A DNA stretch of 64,000 nt from Lama guanicoe (lineage: Eukaryota): positions 6,067,902 to 6,131,901 of the forward strand of contig MU053652.1 of NCBI GenBank assembly GCA_013239625.1, written 5' to 3'. The notes beneath the pieces are model-generated. The model was not told where the DNA came from, searched no databases, and saw nothing but the letters and a program-made list of their open reading frames with translations. Positions 1 through 12,344 of this stretch are shown piece by piece. Each line of letters opens with the position of its first letter. Position 1 is the first letter of the stretch. The translations under genes were made by a program, and so were the position numbers.

Positions 1-741
1 AGTAAAAGTGAGCAGAAGCTATGAAGTGAAAAAGATGGAAGCTTTCGAGAGAAATGGGAGTTTAGAAAAGACGATGTTTCTTGCCTCCAGTTCCCTGCCA
101 CCATCGCACTTGTCACGGTTAACTGGGGGGACTTTGTGATCTGAGCAGAGTCAGAAATTCCCAGCGATCACTGCCTCGCCCCCTGAGAAGTTCCCAACAG
201 TAGCCTGCGTCGTTGATAGACTCTCAGGCAGAGGCAGCAAAAGGAGAGGCTTAGAAGAGAAATTGAGTAGGGCGACTGCTCCAGAGTGGAGTTCAAGTCG
301 GAGCAAAGTGAAACTCTTGGGAACCTGGCTAGGACGCTCTCCTGCCCGTTTTGAGTTGCTGTTCGTAGTTCATGTTGTACACTCGCTGTTCTGCTTCAAG
401 ACGTTTACACCCTTCTCTATTAACTGTCATTCTCTGTAGCCAGTGTTGGATACCCAGCCTATCAGCTTTTATTTATGTAACCATTCTGTTACATAATTTG
501 GATACTCATCATTTACTTTCTAATGTGCGTAACGAAGCACATCTTCTTCCTACAGGTACGTCTGGGCTTCTTTTCTTGTCAGAGACATTATGCTATCAAG
601 AATGACCTTGTATGGATGACAATCTTCATATCTCTTACTATGCACAGTATATTTTTATCTGCCATTGTTTCTTAGTGAAAAATAAGCCCAGTGGCCTATC
701 TTGCCGAAACGTTATTAACATTGTTTTCTAAACATTTATAG

Positions 742-878
742 GTAGTGCTGGGACACCCGTCACTTTTAATGAAAATGGAGATGCTCCTGGACGTTACGAT
801 ATCTTCCAGTATCAAATAACCAACAAAAGTACAGAATATAGAATCATTGGGCACTGGACCAATCAGCTTCATCTAAAA
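742..878 (+). CDS. GRM8: GRM8 internal coding exon (end of the extracellular Venus-flytrap domain), 137 bp, phase 1 in / phase 0 out
   Basis: Manual translation after the acceptor ...catttatag|: (G)[45 protein letters not shown]. This is the group III mGluR '[14 protein letters not shown]' motif with mGlu8-type residues. It joins in frame to VEDMQW of the next exon only with a donor at 879 (GC). Not in the ORF track. Confidence 0.96.
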
Positions 879-3469
879 GCAAGTATCGCTATAAACTTGT
901 ATTTATGTATATAGTTCTCAAGGAGAGATGCTTTTTAAGGATACAATGTTACTAATGTTCATTAGAATTGACTTTCATGTAAATACGTTTTTAGAAAATG
1001 TATGATTTGCTCTTTCCTCAACTTTAAAATGTTATGGCAAGTCCTAAATGTCTGTGGAGAAATTTGATATCTGTAGGGATTTGATGAAAAATCTCGTTTC
1101 CTTTTCAGTGACTAAATACACATTTAGGGAAATTTTACACTTTTCTGAAGGACTCACTTGTTCAAAAGTTTGTACTCTGTGTGCATGTGTGTTTGTGTGT
1201 TGGGGCTGAGGAATGACAAAGTGTGCCATGAATGATAAAGTTGGGGCTTAAAAATAAGTGGATTTCACCTTTGCTACACCCTAAGTTGAGATCTTACAGC
1301 TACATCTGATGGATGCAAGTGAAACATGATCTGTATTCACATTACCTCTTTGAATCACAACACCAGTGAAGTTTAATGCACCCAAAAGTGATGTTCAGAT
1401 TTTTCAACAGCTCTTAGGGCTGCCTGCTGTCCCTGTCCCCTATGGGTGCCATTAAGGCCCAAGACCCACAGATTTTGCATTTCCTACAAGTGGCCATGTG
1501 AGGACAACTTGGAGATCCCAGCTCAAAGCAAGGTCCCAGGGTCTAGGCAGCTGGGCATTTACTAGCCCAGTGCCATGCTGTCACCACCATCACCCCCCAC
1601 CCGGGGCTTTATCTCCTCCTACTGGGACCAAGTAGGAATGGCTCGTGGGATGGCGGCTGGTGGAGGAACTCCAGCAGGTGTGTCTAGAGATGCTCTCCGA
1701 GGAGAGAGGTCTTTGAGGATACTGGAGAGAGCTGCCTGGTTCTGGCAGCCAACAATCACAAGGGGCTCTCGAGCAGGAAGCCAATTCTGAACTTGAGGGG
1801 TAAGGGAGGCTCAGGAAGTTGCAGGGCACAGAGCTGGCGGTGGCTGCGTGACAAGGATGCCGGGGTGGTTGGAGCTGCATTTGTGTACCACTGGAAGGAA
1901 TTATTTCATATTTTAAAAGCCAGTGGTGTCCTATCCATGCACACTGGCTTCTTCTGATATAGAGAAATAAGGAGCGTGCCCTGTAGTCTCAGCTACAGCT
2001 CAGAGTTCATCCATACAGCATCTCTCATGCATGTATAATAGGGGACTATTTACAGGAACTGGGTGGCCGAGGACTCACTCCAACAGGGGTGTTTTCTGTC
2101 TAGGCTGCCAGGTGTTTTTAGAATGCATCAAATAAACTAGAAACACATTCTTCCACTGTTCTACTGTTCTTGTGTGTTTTTCACTCTTCCCTCTAATAAA
2201 AGCGTCTCCTCTTCTTGATTCTCAAAGCTATGATAACACTGTGAGCATCGAGTTCATTTCCTAAATGTATGATTAAGTTCATTTCCTAGCTATGGCTTAT
2301 CCTAGCTGGAAGGTAAAAATTTATGACATACACGAGTTGGGGGAGAGGTACCATTCTTGTCTACGCATGTGTTACACGTGTGGATGTGACTTCTGGTGAT
2401 TGAACCCATTTGAAAGACATCAATTTGACATTTTTAATACACTTTTCACCCCGTAGGTCTAAGTATAGCCCCTGAAGTGCTATGTTTATGCAGCATCAGT
2501 CACCAAAGTTCTCAGCAGAGACGCAGATTATGAGAAATAACAAAACTGGGATATTTATGATTTATTGTCTCTGAAATAAATGACTCCCCGATTATCATCA
2601 CAGTCCCTCACTCAACAATGCAAAAAGATAGCTTATATTTGCAACTATTGTTGTCCTTTGTAAGACCACATGTCTATAGCTCACTACGTGAAGCAGCCGG
2701 ACGAAATCTCACTCGTCGTCTTGCAACCCAAATTAGCATTTATTAAAACATAGCTTTGATGAGGCTACAGCTTATTGATGCCGATTTGAAAACCAATGGC
2801 TTTTTGGCAGAAACCCTTTGACAGTGGACCTATGTGAAATAAATTGTCATGAAACAGGACAAAGAACATATGATAAGAGTAAATAGGGAAGCGCCTTTTT
2901 ATCTGACTTTTATTAATGCCAAACTGCTCATGTTGTTATGATTAAGTATTTACATAACAAAATTCAATGGTTGAAAATACAGGTGCTAATATATAATATG
3001 AAGGTAACTAAAATAATTATACCCACAAGTACACATATGCACACACACCTCTCTCTCTATATATACGTTTTATATTTATTATAAAACTTTATGTTTAATC
3101 TCAAGCTGCTCTTTTATGTACATTTATGGCGCATGAGAAGTTTTATGTTTATTACTGTGTTTTCGCTCATAAAATATATCAAAACAATTTGTAAGAATTA
3201 TTCCTCGTGCATGACTATGATTGTTTGTAACTAGATAGCCATGCTAGCTTCACTGAAACAGAGAGAATCAACTCTCAGAAGAAAAGAGAGTGGGTTATAC
3301 GGTGAGGAGAGGTCATAAGTCAAGGGCTGAATTCTGAATTTTATCAGAATGAACAGAATGACTGTATCTCCATAGGAACTGGATCAGTCATCAGTTTGAA
3401 GGTAGACTAGGGGTTGCTTAGAAAGTGTCCAGCTGAGTAAAGTTCTGCTTAGGTCTTAGGCAAGGCACC

Positions 3470-3625
3470 AAACAAGTGCTTTGCCTCAGTTTCATCATCT
3501 GTAAAATGGAAACATTAGTAGCACCTACTTTAAACCATTGTAATAAGAATTAAATGAAATAATACAATAAAGCTCTTAGTCTAGAGCCTGGCCCACATGA
3601 AATCCATAGACATTACCTATTATGA
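3470..3625 (+). mobile_element. MIR SINE fragment
   Basis: MIR core gcctcagtttcatcatctgtaaaatgg...aagaattaaatgaaataatac...agagcctggc. Confidence 0.85.
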
Positions 3626-3924
3626 ATCCAATGTCTCATGATTCTACATGGTCAGGGGAGATCTGAGAATGAGTGTGGTGAGTAGAGAAGTCAAGGTCCT
3701 GTTAGGAGAGGTGTTTGTTTGCTTTCACAAGTTCAGAATCTCCTCATTTAAAATCCTGACCATTTGTCCCCATAGCCCATGATTTCTGCCTGTCTTTTAT
3801 ATTGGCTTTAGCACATTATCAAATGTATCTACACTTAAAAAGTAACCTTTATTTAAGGTTAGCGCGTAACTCCTTTTCTTGTCGTAGCCTGTGGTTAGGT
3901 ATTGTCAACTAGGCAGTTATTTTT

Positions 3925-4090
3925 GAATGAGTTGGATAAATTCATTCTGTGCACATGCTCCGTGCTAAATGCTGGGACTAGAATGGAAAATGTGGACTCT
4001 GCTTTCAGTGCGCTCACAGACTGGAAGGATAGACAGACATGCAGACCAACAATTCTGGTGCAATGAGGCAGGGACACAGATGAAATTGTG
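3925..4090 (-). mobile_element. L2 3' end fragment
   Basis: Resembles the reverse complement of the L2 3' end (gtgctaaatgctggga...ctcacagactgg...agacagacatg). Confidence 0.6.
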
Positions 4091-4934
4091 TCCATGGTTT
4101 GCACTGGCAGCCGAGAGACAGGTTCCTAATCTGGCCTGACTGCTGGTGGGCGTTGTGATGGGGCAGCGGAGGGCACTCTTCCCCAGGTACTCCATCTCTC
4201 CTTCTATTAAACGAGACTTGTAATAGATTTCACACTCTCAACGGTAAGCGTTTATCAGCCAGTTACTGGATTGAATTCAGCTTACTTTCAAAGAGCCAGT
4301 TTTTCTGACTGAATTCAACCATAGTATAATTTTGTGCACAAAGAGTGTATGATTAAGCATATATGAGTGCAACAAATTTGCCCTGAATATATCTTAATGG
4401 AGTGAAAGAAATTTTAAAACATGTAGCTTATTCTTTTTTTTTCCTAGAAAATTATGAAGTGTTTTATTTCCTCCAAAGCATTGTCTCTTGGTCCAATTTT
4501 TTTTTCTTTTTTATGGAACTAACATATGTTCTTAACTTAGCAATTACAGTCAGTTAGTGTAATTGTTTATTTTGATTTAGGTTTTCTATTCAGCAATCTC
4601 AGTCCACGCATGAAGGGCATATTGTCTACCTGAGAGTGAATTTGAACAATTAAGCCTCTCCATTTGGTTAGGCTGAAGCTCTCCAGAGGCAGGTGGCCCT
4701 TATTAGTGATCACAAAACATATTGTAACCTAGAGGTTCAGAGAAAACAGCAAAGCCTGAACTGCATGAAGAACAGCCATATGCTTCTTCGAGTCCGCAGG
4801 GAGACAGGGAGGTTACTGGATGGGCCTAAAATAACTGAGGACTTTTTTATACTTCCAACCAGAACTGCTCTTTCTGGATTACTGTAGGAATGAGACAAAT
4901 ATTTTTGCTTGTTTTGCTGTTTTGTTTTCTTTTT

Positions 4935-5512
4935 TTATTGAAGTATGGTCAGTTATAATGTGTCAATTTCTAGTATACAGCACAATGTCCCAGTCATGCA
5001 TATATATATATACTCATTTTTGTATTCTTTTTCATTAAAGGTTATTACAAGATATTGAATATAGTTCCCTGTGTTAAACAGAAGAAATTTGTTTTTATCT
5101 ATTTTTGTATATCTTGGTTAACATTTGCAAATCTCAAACTCCCAAATTTATCCCTTCCCATTCCCTATCTCCCAGTAACCATAAGATTGTTTACTATGTT
5201 TGCTAGTCTGTTTCTGTTTTGTAGATGAGTTTGGTAGTATCCTTTTTCTTTCGTTTTTCTTTTTCTTTTTTTAGATTCCACATAGGAGTAATATATGGGA
5301 TTTTTCTTTCTCTTTCTGGCATCATTTAGAATGACAATCTCCAGGTCCATCCATGTTGCTGCAAATGACATTATTTTATTCTTTTTTTATCACTGAGTAG
5401 TATTCCATAGTATAAATATACCACAACCTCTTTATCCAGTCATCTGTTGATGGACATTTATGTTGCTTCCATGTCTTGGCTATTGTGTATAATGCTACTG
5501 TGAACATTGGGA
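4935..5512 (-). mobile_element. 5'-truncated lineage-type L1 (ORF2 C-terminus + 3' UTR)
   Basis: Minus ORF 5165..5371 'SFAATWMDLEIVILN' is the L1 ORF2 C-terminal motif. T-rich tail on the left. Candidate low-complexity TSD ttgttttcttttt at 4922-4934 and 5513-5525. Confidence 0.92.
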
Positions 5513-5689
5513 TTGTTTTCTTTTTATTCAAGTAAATAATCTGAAGATAAACAAAAAATAGTAAGGCATAGTCACTTCATAAGAATGTCTCAAGCACAGT
5601 TAGCAGCACCGGGTCAACTGGAAAGGGGGATTTAAAGGAAAAGGGCTTCATTTAATTTTGTGTGGGCCACTCCATCGAAGAAGGTAACT

Positions 5690-6010
5690 CTTGACAAGGT
5701 CCTGAATTCTGAGTCTCAGTTTTCTCACCTGTTATGTGGGGATAAAAATAGGCTTATTATGGAGATTGAATGCATTGGGATACTGTGGTCAAGTATAAGA
5801 CCTCAGAGTCAGAAAGATGTTTGAATTCCAACCTTCCATTCATGAGCCTTGGGCACATTATTTTACCTCTTTTAGTCTCAGATCCTTCAACTGCATGAAA
5901 CAACCATAACTACTTTATGGAGCTGTTGAGATAATTGCAGGAAATTGCATATTCAAAGATTCTACAATTCTGCCTGTGATATATTATGTGTTACATGAAT
6001 ATAGTAATAA
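5690..6010 (+). mobile_element. Two adjacent MIR fragments
   Basis: ctgagtctcagttttctcacctgt... and agagtcagaaaga...ttgaattcc...ttgggcacattatttacctct...gtctcag. Confidence 0.7.
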
Positions 6011-7560
6011 TAATTTTGTTTTGTTTTGCTTGGATAACTAGCCTATTATAGAGGACCTGCAATGGGTACTGCAGTCCAAAATTCCACATATGAAAAGTCT
6101 TCTCTGCCTTTATCTTGTTGTTCTGAGTAGGGAGTAACTGGAAAAAGAGGTGCATGCACTAAGATAGCCTTTCTGTGCCTATGTGACACACCCGAAATAT
6201 TTATTTTGGTATGAAAAAAAGTGGGCTCCGTGACTCAGTGCTTTAGGGACCACCAGAAGCTTGAGCAAATTTCTGATGGAATTTAGCCCAATTAAATCCA
6301 TCTTCCCCGTGTGCTGTCGTGTAGTATTTATAGCATGATATTTTAATTGAATATGTATCTTTGCCTGTGGATGGTCAGTCATCTGTATACATCAAATATA
6401 ATAATAACATCAAATACAGGCTATCCTGGGAGTTCCTCAACTTGCTTGAAATACAGAAAGAGAATTTCTGAGTCCCCTCAGTGGCCTCATGGGTTTTTTG
6501 TTTTTGATAAACAGCCACAGTTTTTAACCAAAATCATTAGATTCACTAATGTCACTGAGGAACGGCTTTCCTATAACAAAGAATATTGACAAAGTCTTGA
6601 GGTAGAGGGTGGAGTGGATAGAGTTGGAACAACATTCGAGGGGACCCTTGACCCCCTCTTTGCTTGGACTCTTCAGAGTCATGCATTTTCTCTTTGCCTC
6701 TGTTTCCTCATTTGCAAAGTTGCCTGCATTTGAAAATGCTCTGTCATATAATTGTCAGTACCTATAAAAGATAATTCACACCATGAGACAAGCATTATAT
6801 GAAGCTCTTTCCATCTTGCAGAATATGAATGTGAAGTCAAGTCTCTGAGACCTTTCACTACATTCCAATAGCGCTTTAAATGCCACTCTAGTGCCTGCCT
6901 TTATACTCTGTTCTGAAAAGACTTTCATTCTGCTTCCTTGTCGTGTTAACAAGATGATCAATTGTCAAAACTATATTTTTTGTTCACTAGCTGCAAATCT
7001 GTTCTTTTCAAAATAAGTCATTTTGAGGTCAGTAATTATATTTTGCTTATGAGAAAATAAGTGTTTGGTAAGTTCATTTTTTAACACATTGAGCAAATAT
7101 CAGGGTGATTAAAGTTTAACTACATCCTTGTTAGCACAGAGTAGGTGCTTCAATAAGTTTTTCTTGAATGTGTCATGAACAATATGCTGATATTTCCTAA
7201 ATACTGACTTAATATGGAGCAGCCATCCAAGATTACTGACTAGGAAGTGGGCCCGTGCACAGATTATTTATTCAGTGACTGTTGCCTACCAGGAAGGATG
7301 CTGAGCCACTGAGGAGCTTAAGGTTCAATGAAATAAACTTCCAGATACCAAATGATTGCCCACTAAAGGTAACTTTATACTTGAACAATTATAATAAAAG
7401 CATAATTAGGTAGGTGTACATTAAACATCAAATTAATTAAAAATATGCAATGATTACCTCCAAGTAGAGGGACTGGATAAATTTTGTTGAATTCAGACTG
7501 GATCTTCAACTACTTCGGTGGCCAAGAAATGGTTGGAAGAATGTTTAGGCCATGTAAAAG

Positions 7561-7610
7561 CATCTATCCATCCATCCATCCATCCATCCATTTATCTATC
7601 CATTCATTCC
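7561..7610. repeat. (CCAT)n / (TCCA)n tetranucleotide microsatellite, imperfect
   Basis: catctatccatccatccatccatccatccatttatctatccattcattcc. Confidence 0.95.
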
Positions 7611-9467
7611 AGAATAAGGTGTCTCCAATGTACAATTGCTCTAAAAGGAGCTGGAATGATTCAGAAGTGTTTCAGATTCAGTCCCCAGTGTCACCCCGAG
7701 GTAGGGATGCACACCTATTAGAGATGTGGGCCTCTCCTGCACACAGTGTAAGTTATAAGTGCATTGATGGAGATGCGGAGTCTTGACTAGGTTTTCATAG
7801 GGAGGTAGAAAAGGGCCAGTTTATTTAGGCAACCGAGTGTGATCCTGAGCTGCCAGAACAGAGGACCATCTGGGGAGAGAATATCACAGGGAATGAAGAA
7901 AGATGGCTTGAAGCCACATTTCTAATAGTCTCAGATACTGTTAGAAAGCAAGTTAATAGTCGTTAGGCTACAGTGAGCTCTTCAGTAGAGATAGTCTCAG
8001 CTCTTAACTTCGGGTAAATATTTTGGGCAGCAAAGTGCAAGCTGTCTGGAGATGAGGTTGTTCCATCACTTAGCAGAGGCCACAATTAAGACTCCATTCC
8101 TGTCTTACCTAATTGACAGATTCTCTCTGTCTTATCTGCCCATCTGCTTGGTTTGAGTTTGGTTCCATAAACTATTTAAAAGGACTTACTAAGATACATT
8201 TATCACAGGATAAACAAAAGAACAGACACACAAAGTGAACAAATTGGAAAGAAAGGCTAAAAAGAGTTGATGCATTTTAGTTAATGTCAAGTTTGATTTT
8301 CCCATCAATAATTATGATCAAGAGATTCATCTGGGATTTTCAATAGAGTAAGAAATAATCATGCTGATATTTTAAGAACAAAAAAATGGTGCTGGATAAA
8401 ATATGATTTAATCTGATTAAGAATTGAGAAGCTGGATTCAGTTAACTGGATCTAGTTGGAGGCAGATTTTTGGGGTAATCTAATAGTATCCAGGGAATCT
8501 AGTAGCTCATCTGGGAAAGTGTAAGTGGGGCACACACACAAATCTACCTTTGTTAATGAAAAATAGGAAAAGTCCTAAGGGCTTAGTTGTTTTAATAAAT
8601 AAGAATGAAAATGACACAGAAAGGGAAAAGAAAGCTGGAAAAAATGATAACTGGAAAAGGAAAATCGAAGAATACAATGCAACTAAAGGGGACCACCACA
8701 TTAAATAGAAAATGTGTCTTTATACCAACACCAAAGAGGGCAAAGGAAGACGGTGACTCTAGACTTTTATGGGGATAATAAAGTAATAAAAATGATAATC
8801 AATGGTCTTTTAATCCTTATTGTAACTTGGGAGGAGTAAAGTAAGTGCAATTTTAAAGTGATGAATAGAATATGTAAGGTTAAAATAAGGTTTTACATAT
8901 AAAATGATAATGTAGAATAGAGGAATAACTGGTAAGAAAATCATTTTCTTACAGTAGATTTACTAAAATACATGTGAATCCCGTATCCTCGGGTGCGTTT
9001 GAAAGCTCAGTGGGCACATCAGTGTTATATAAAATCTACACTGTACAAAAGAATTACAAGCAAGAACTGAAAAGTATTAAATACGAATAAAATATGTAGC
9101 CCCCAGCTGCAGATAGAGGTCAGTAGCTGATAAGAGCATGAAGCATAAAGAAAAAAGTTAATATGTCTGTTCACTGAATCAAAAGCTTAACATGACATCT
9201 TTTCTCAAAGTTTTCACTAAGGAAGGAAAAGAGAGCCAGAGGCTGGAATCCTCCCCAAGTCCCTGTAATTTCACTGACATCGTGGATCCTTATCTCCACG
9301 TGAAGTTGTAGAAATGTGCAATTGTGTATAAACTCAGGAGATGAGATGTAAAAACATGTCCTTTCTTTAAATCCGTAAATACACACCAGAGAGATATAAC
9401 CAGGACACAGAAAAACAACTTAATTTTACTAGTAGTGACTACTTGGTCTAAAATCACTTTTTCAAAT

Positions 9468-10042
9468 CATTTTTTGATAAAACAGTATTCTGAGATAATT
9501 GCAAATTCACGTGCACTTGTAAGAAAGAATAAAGAAAGATACCATGTCCCCCTTACTCCATTTTCCCTCCAATGATAACATCTTGAAAACTATGGTGTAA
9601 CAGCAGAAACGGGGTGTTGACATTTACACAGCCCACCAATCTTGTTCATATCGCCTGTTTTACGTGTGTGTGTGTGTGTCTGTGTGTGTGTCTATACATT
9701 TTTGTTACCTGTGTAGGTCCATGTATCTACTACTATAGTCAAAATATAGGACATTTCCATCACCACAAGAATCCCCTAATTTGTCGTTTAATAGCCATAC
9801 CCACTTCCAACCAAATGCCTCCCTTCATACCTGGACACATCTATTTCTATAAATGTGTCATTTCAAGAATAGTATGTGAATGTAATCATATTGTACATAT
9901 CTGTTGGGTTTGGCTTATTTTCATCCAACATAGTTCTCTCAAAATTTATCCACATTGTTGAGTCCCTTTTATTTGCTAGGTAGGATTCCATGGCATGGGT
10001 GTACCACACTTTGTTGAGTTACTCACTGTTTGAAGGACACCT
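9468..10042 (-). mobile_element. Old L1 3' UTR (L1MC/L1MB-like) with an internal (TG)n
   Basis: gataattgcaaattcacgtgcacttgtaagaaa...ccccaatgataacatcttg...gttgacatt resembles the antisense L1MC 3' end. (TG)n at about 9664-9690. Confidence 0.8.
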
Positions 10043-12344
10043 GCAAAATAATTATGCATCAACCTGCCATGAATATTTGTTGAATTGTATGTAGAGAGAA
10101 ACAGCAGGGAAGAGAGATGTCTTATCTCAGAACTGAACCAAATCATTTTGCTACTGTATCATTTTGATACAGTTTTAGAAGTTATATTTAACCCTTTAAT
10201 AGAGAATAGTTTTAGAACATAAGTTAAAGAAGCTTTCTTGCTGCGGCATACACCTCAGATCCTTTACGACTGGCATAGTGACACCTCGGCTGCAGTACAC
10301 GTACAACAGTCACAGCGAAGGTGTCTAAGGGGAAACGTTCTCATTTAAAAGTAATACCACCCGGGTCTACATCCTTTTAACATCATCGTCTGTGAGAACA
10401 GACCTATGCTCTTTCTTCTTGTGCTTCACTTTCCATCCCTTCTATCAACATCACACTAATATTGCTGTCTGTGCACCAAATCCCACCTCTTCCTGAATTT
10501 CCAAGACTTCCTCAAGTTGTTCTTATCCTGTATTTCTTAAGTTGTTGTGACACTGTGCGAGGCTTTGCTGTACTTTCTTCTCATTTGACTGCTTTTGTAG
10601 CCGTCAGATCTGTCGGTACATGCATTTTTCTGCAGTCAGGCCATATTTATAAGATTTTAAAAATCAGACATGACTTCTAGATTAAGCTGCTATCTGATCT
10701 TTGAGACTACTCATCTAATCTCTTTGTAAAAATTTTAGAAGGAATTTCCAAGGACACTGCAGTTGGCATGTGCTATGTGGATCTCCTAGTGGGAACCCAC
10801 TTTAAGCTTGGTAACTGTGAATTAAATTCCTTGATTAGCCTGTCCTTAAACTAGTTTATCAAGGAATCAGCTGATTTTTATAAATGGCCTCCATAAAATA
10901 TTTGACAGGGGTGTGATTTCATGTGTTGTTAAAGGCACAAATAGGCTTAGCAGACAGACCCGAGGAAGCTCTTCGATGACCTGGAAAGCATAATTGGAAA
11001 TTAGGAAACTTGTTTTTATCCTGAGCTCTCACTCATCCTGAGATAGATTTGCACTTTATTACTTAATATTTGAGACTTCAAGTTCTGTGTTTATAACATT
11101 AGGAATTTAACATTGTTATTCACTAAAATTTCTTCCAGATCTATTATTCTCGAATTGAACACTTGAGATAGAGTTATATTACACGCGTTTTCCTGTTTTG
11201 TTTACATGTTGTTTTTTTTAGATTTAAAAGTATAAGGCCTCAATCATTCATCTCAACAGAAGTGATGCTACAGTGTAGACCTCACCTGTCAGAGGTCTTC
11301 CGTATGTGAATTTTTTCAATTTGGGGTATTTATTTTAAAGAAGCAGGGCTGCTCATAGCCTACGAAAACTAAAACTAAACTGGGAGAGGCTAATAACTGC
11401 ATCTTAGGTGTTCTGCTCACCTTGGTTCTAATAAAAATGTAAAACTTGTTAAAAACGAGTGTGATACTAGTTTCCTCTTGATCTCCCAGGCACGTGTATT
11501 TATAACATGCTTTAAAAATAGGACTCTGCTGTAGGGAAGCTACGTTGATTCTGTTAGTTAGACTGAATTTAAACAGGGCTAAGTAGCGATGACTAATGTG
11601 ATCTGAGCAATGCTAGTTTATCTCTAAAAGGAGAGCTAAGGCCTGTTTGTGAAGAATTAGGGGATGTCACGGAGAGAAGAACAGGCCACACGTGAGCCAT
11701 AAACGTGAGCGAGGCTTATTCTTGCTCCTATAAAAAGAGAAAAATAAGGTGAATTCAGAATTCCTGCTGTGCCCTCAAAAATTTGGTTGTGTTCAGCCTG
11801 TGACATTGAGGCAATCAGCCCACAGCGTTTACTGCCCTTTTACGTCGTACGCAGTAAACGGTTTTACGGTGGGAGGTAGAAGTGTGGGAACTCAGGCTCA
11901 GTGATCTCATTTTGATCCTGTCTCCATCAACAGGCTTAAGCTCATCCAGTTCCTGGCGCTCCCCAGAGTTCTTCCCACTCTTTATCGGGTTTTTACGTGT
12001 TTGTGTTCGTGTATTAAACTTTTCTCCCGAGATGAAGTTTTGCATCTGTCGCTGGCTGGCTAAGCGATTGCTGGGTATTGCATGAAAAATAGAACTTTTT
12101 CCAGATCTTTTAAGAGATTGTTAAGAAAGAATTGGCCTTAGAAAGTTAATGCCGTTCTACTATGCTGATGACACAGCTTCCCACAGGACCATTTGTTTCG
12201 TTGTTCTGAGAGTTTGTGGTAACTCTGAACATTAGGAGATAGTTGTCTATTTTACCAAAAAAAAAAAAATGTTTTTTCCTCAGACAATAGGAAACCTGAA
12301 GCTGAAATAACTTCCAAATTGATAACCATTGTTCTTGTCCAAGT

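Noticed and set aside
879..888. Canonical GT donor at 883 (GCAA|gtatcg)
   Set aside because: It adds 4 nt, frameshifts the downstream exon and is a poor match to the donor consensus.
2251..2288. 13-bp direct repeat agttcatttccta x2 (also acttctaatattt x2 near 14333-14362)
   Set aside because: Two-copy AT-rich microduplications, not an array, and not CRISPR-like in a mammalian intron.
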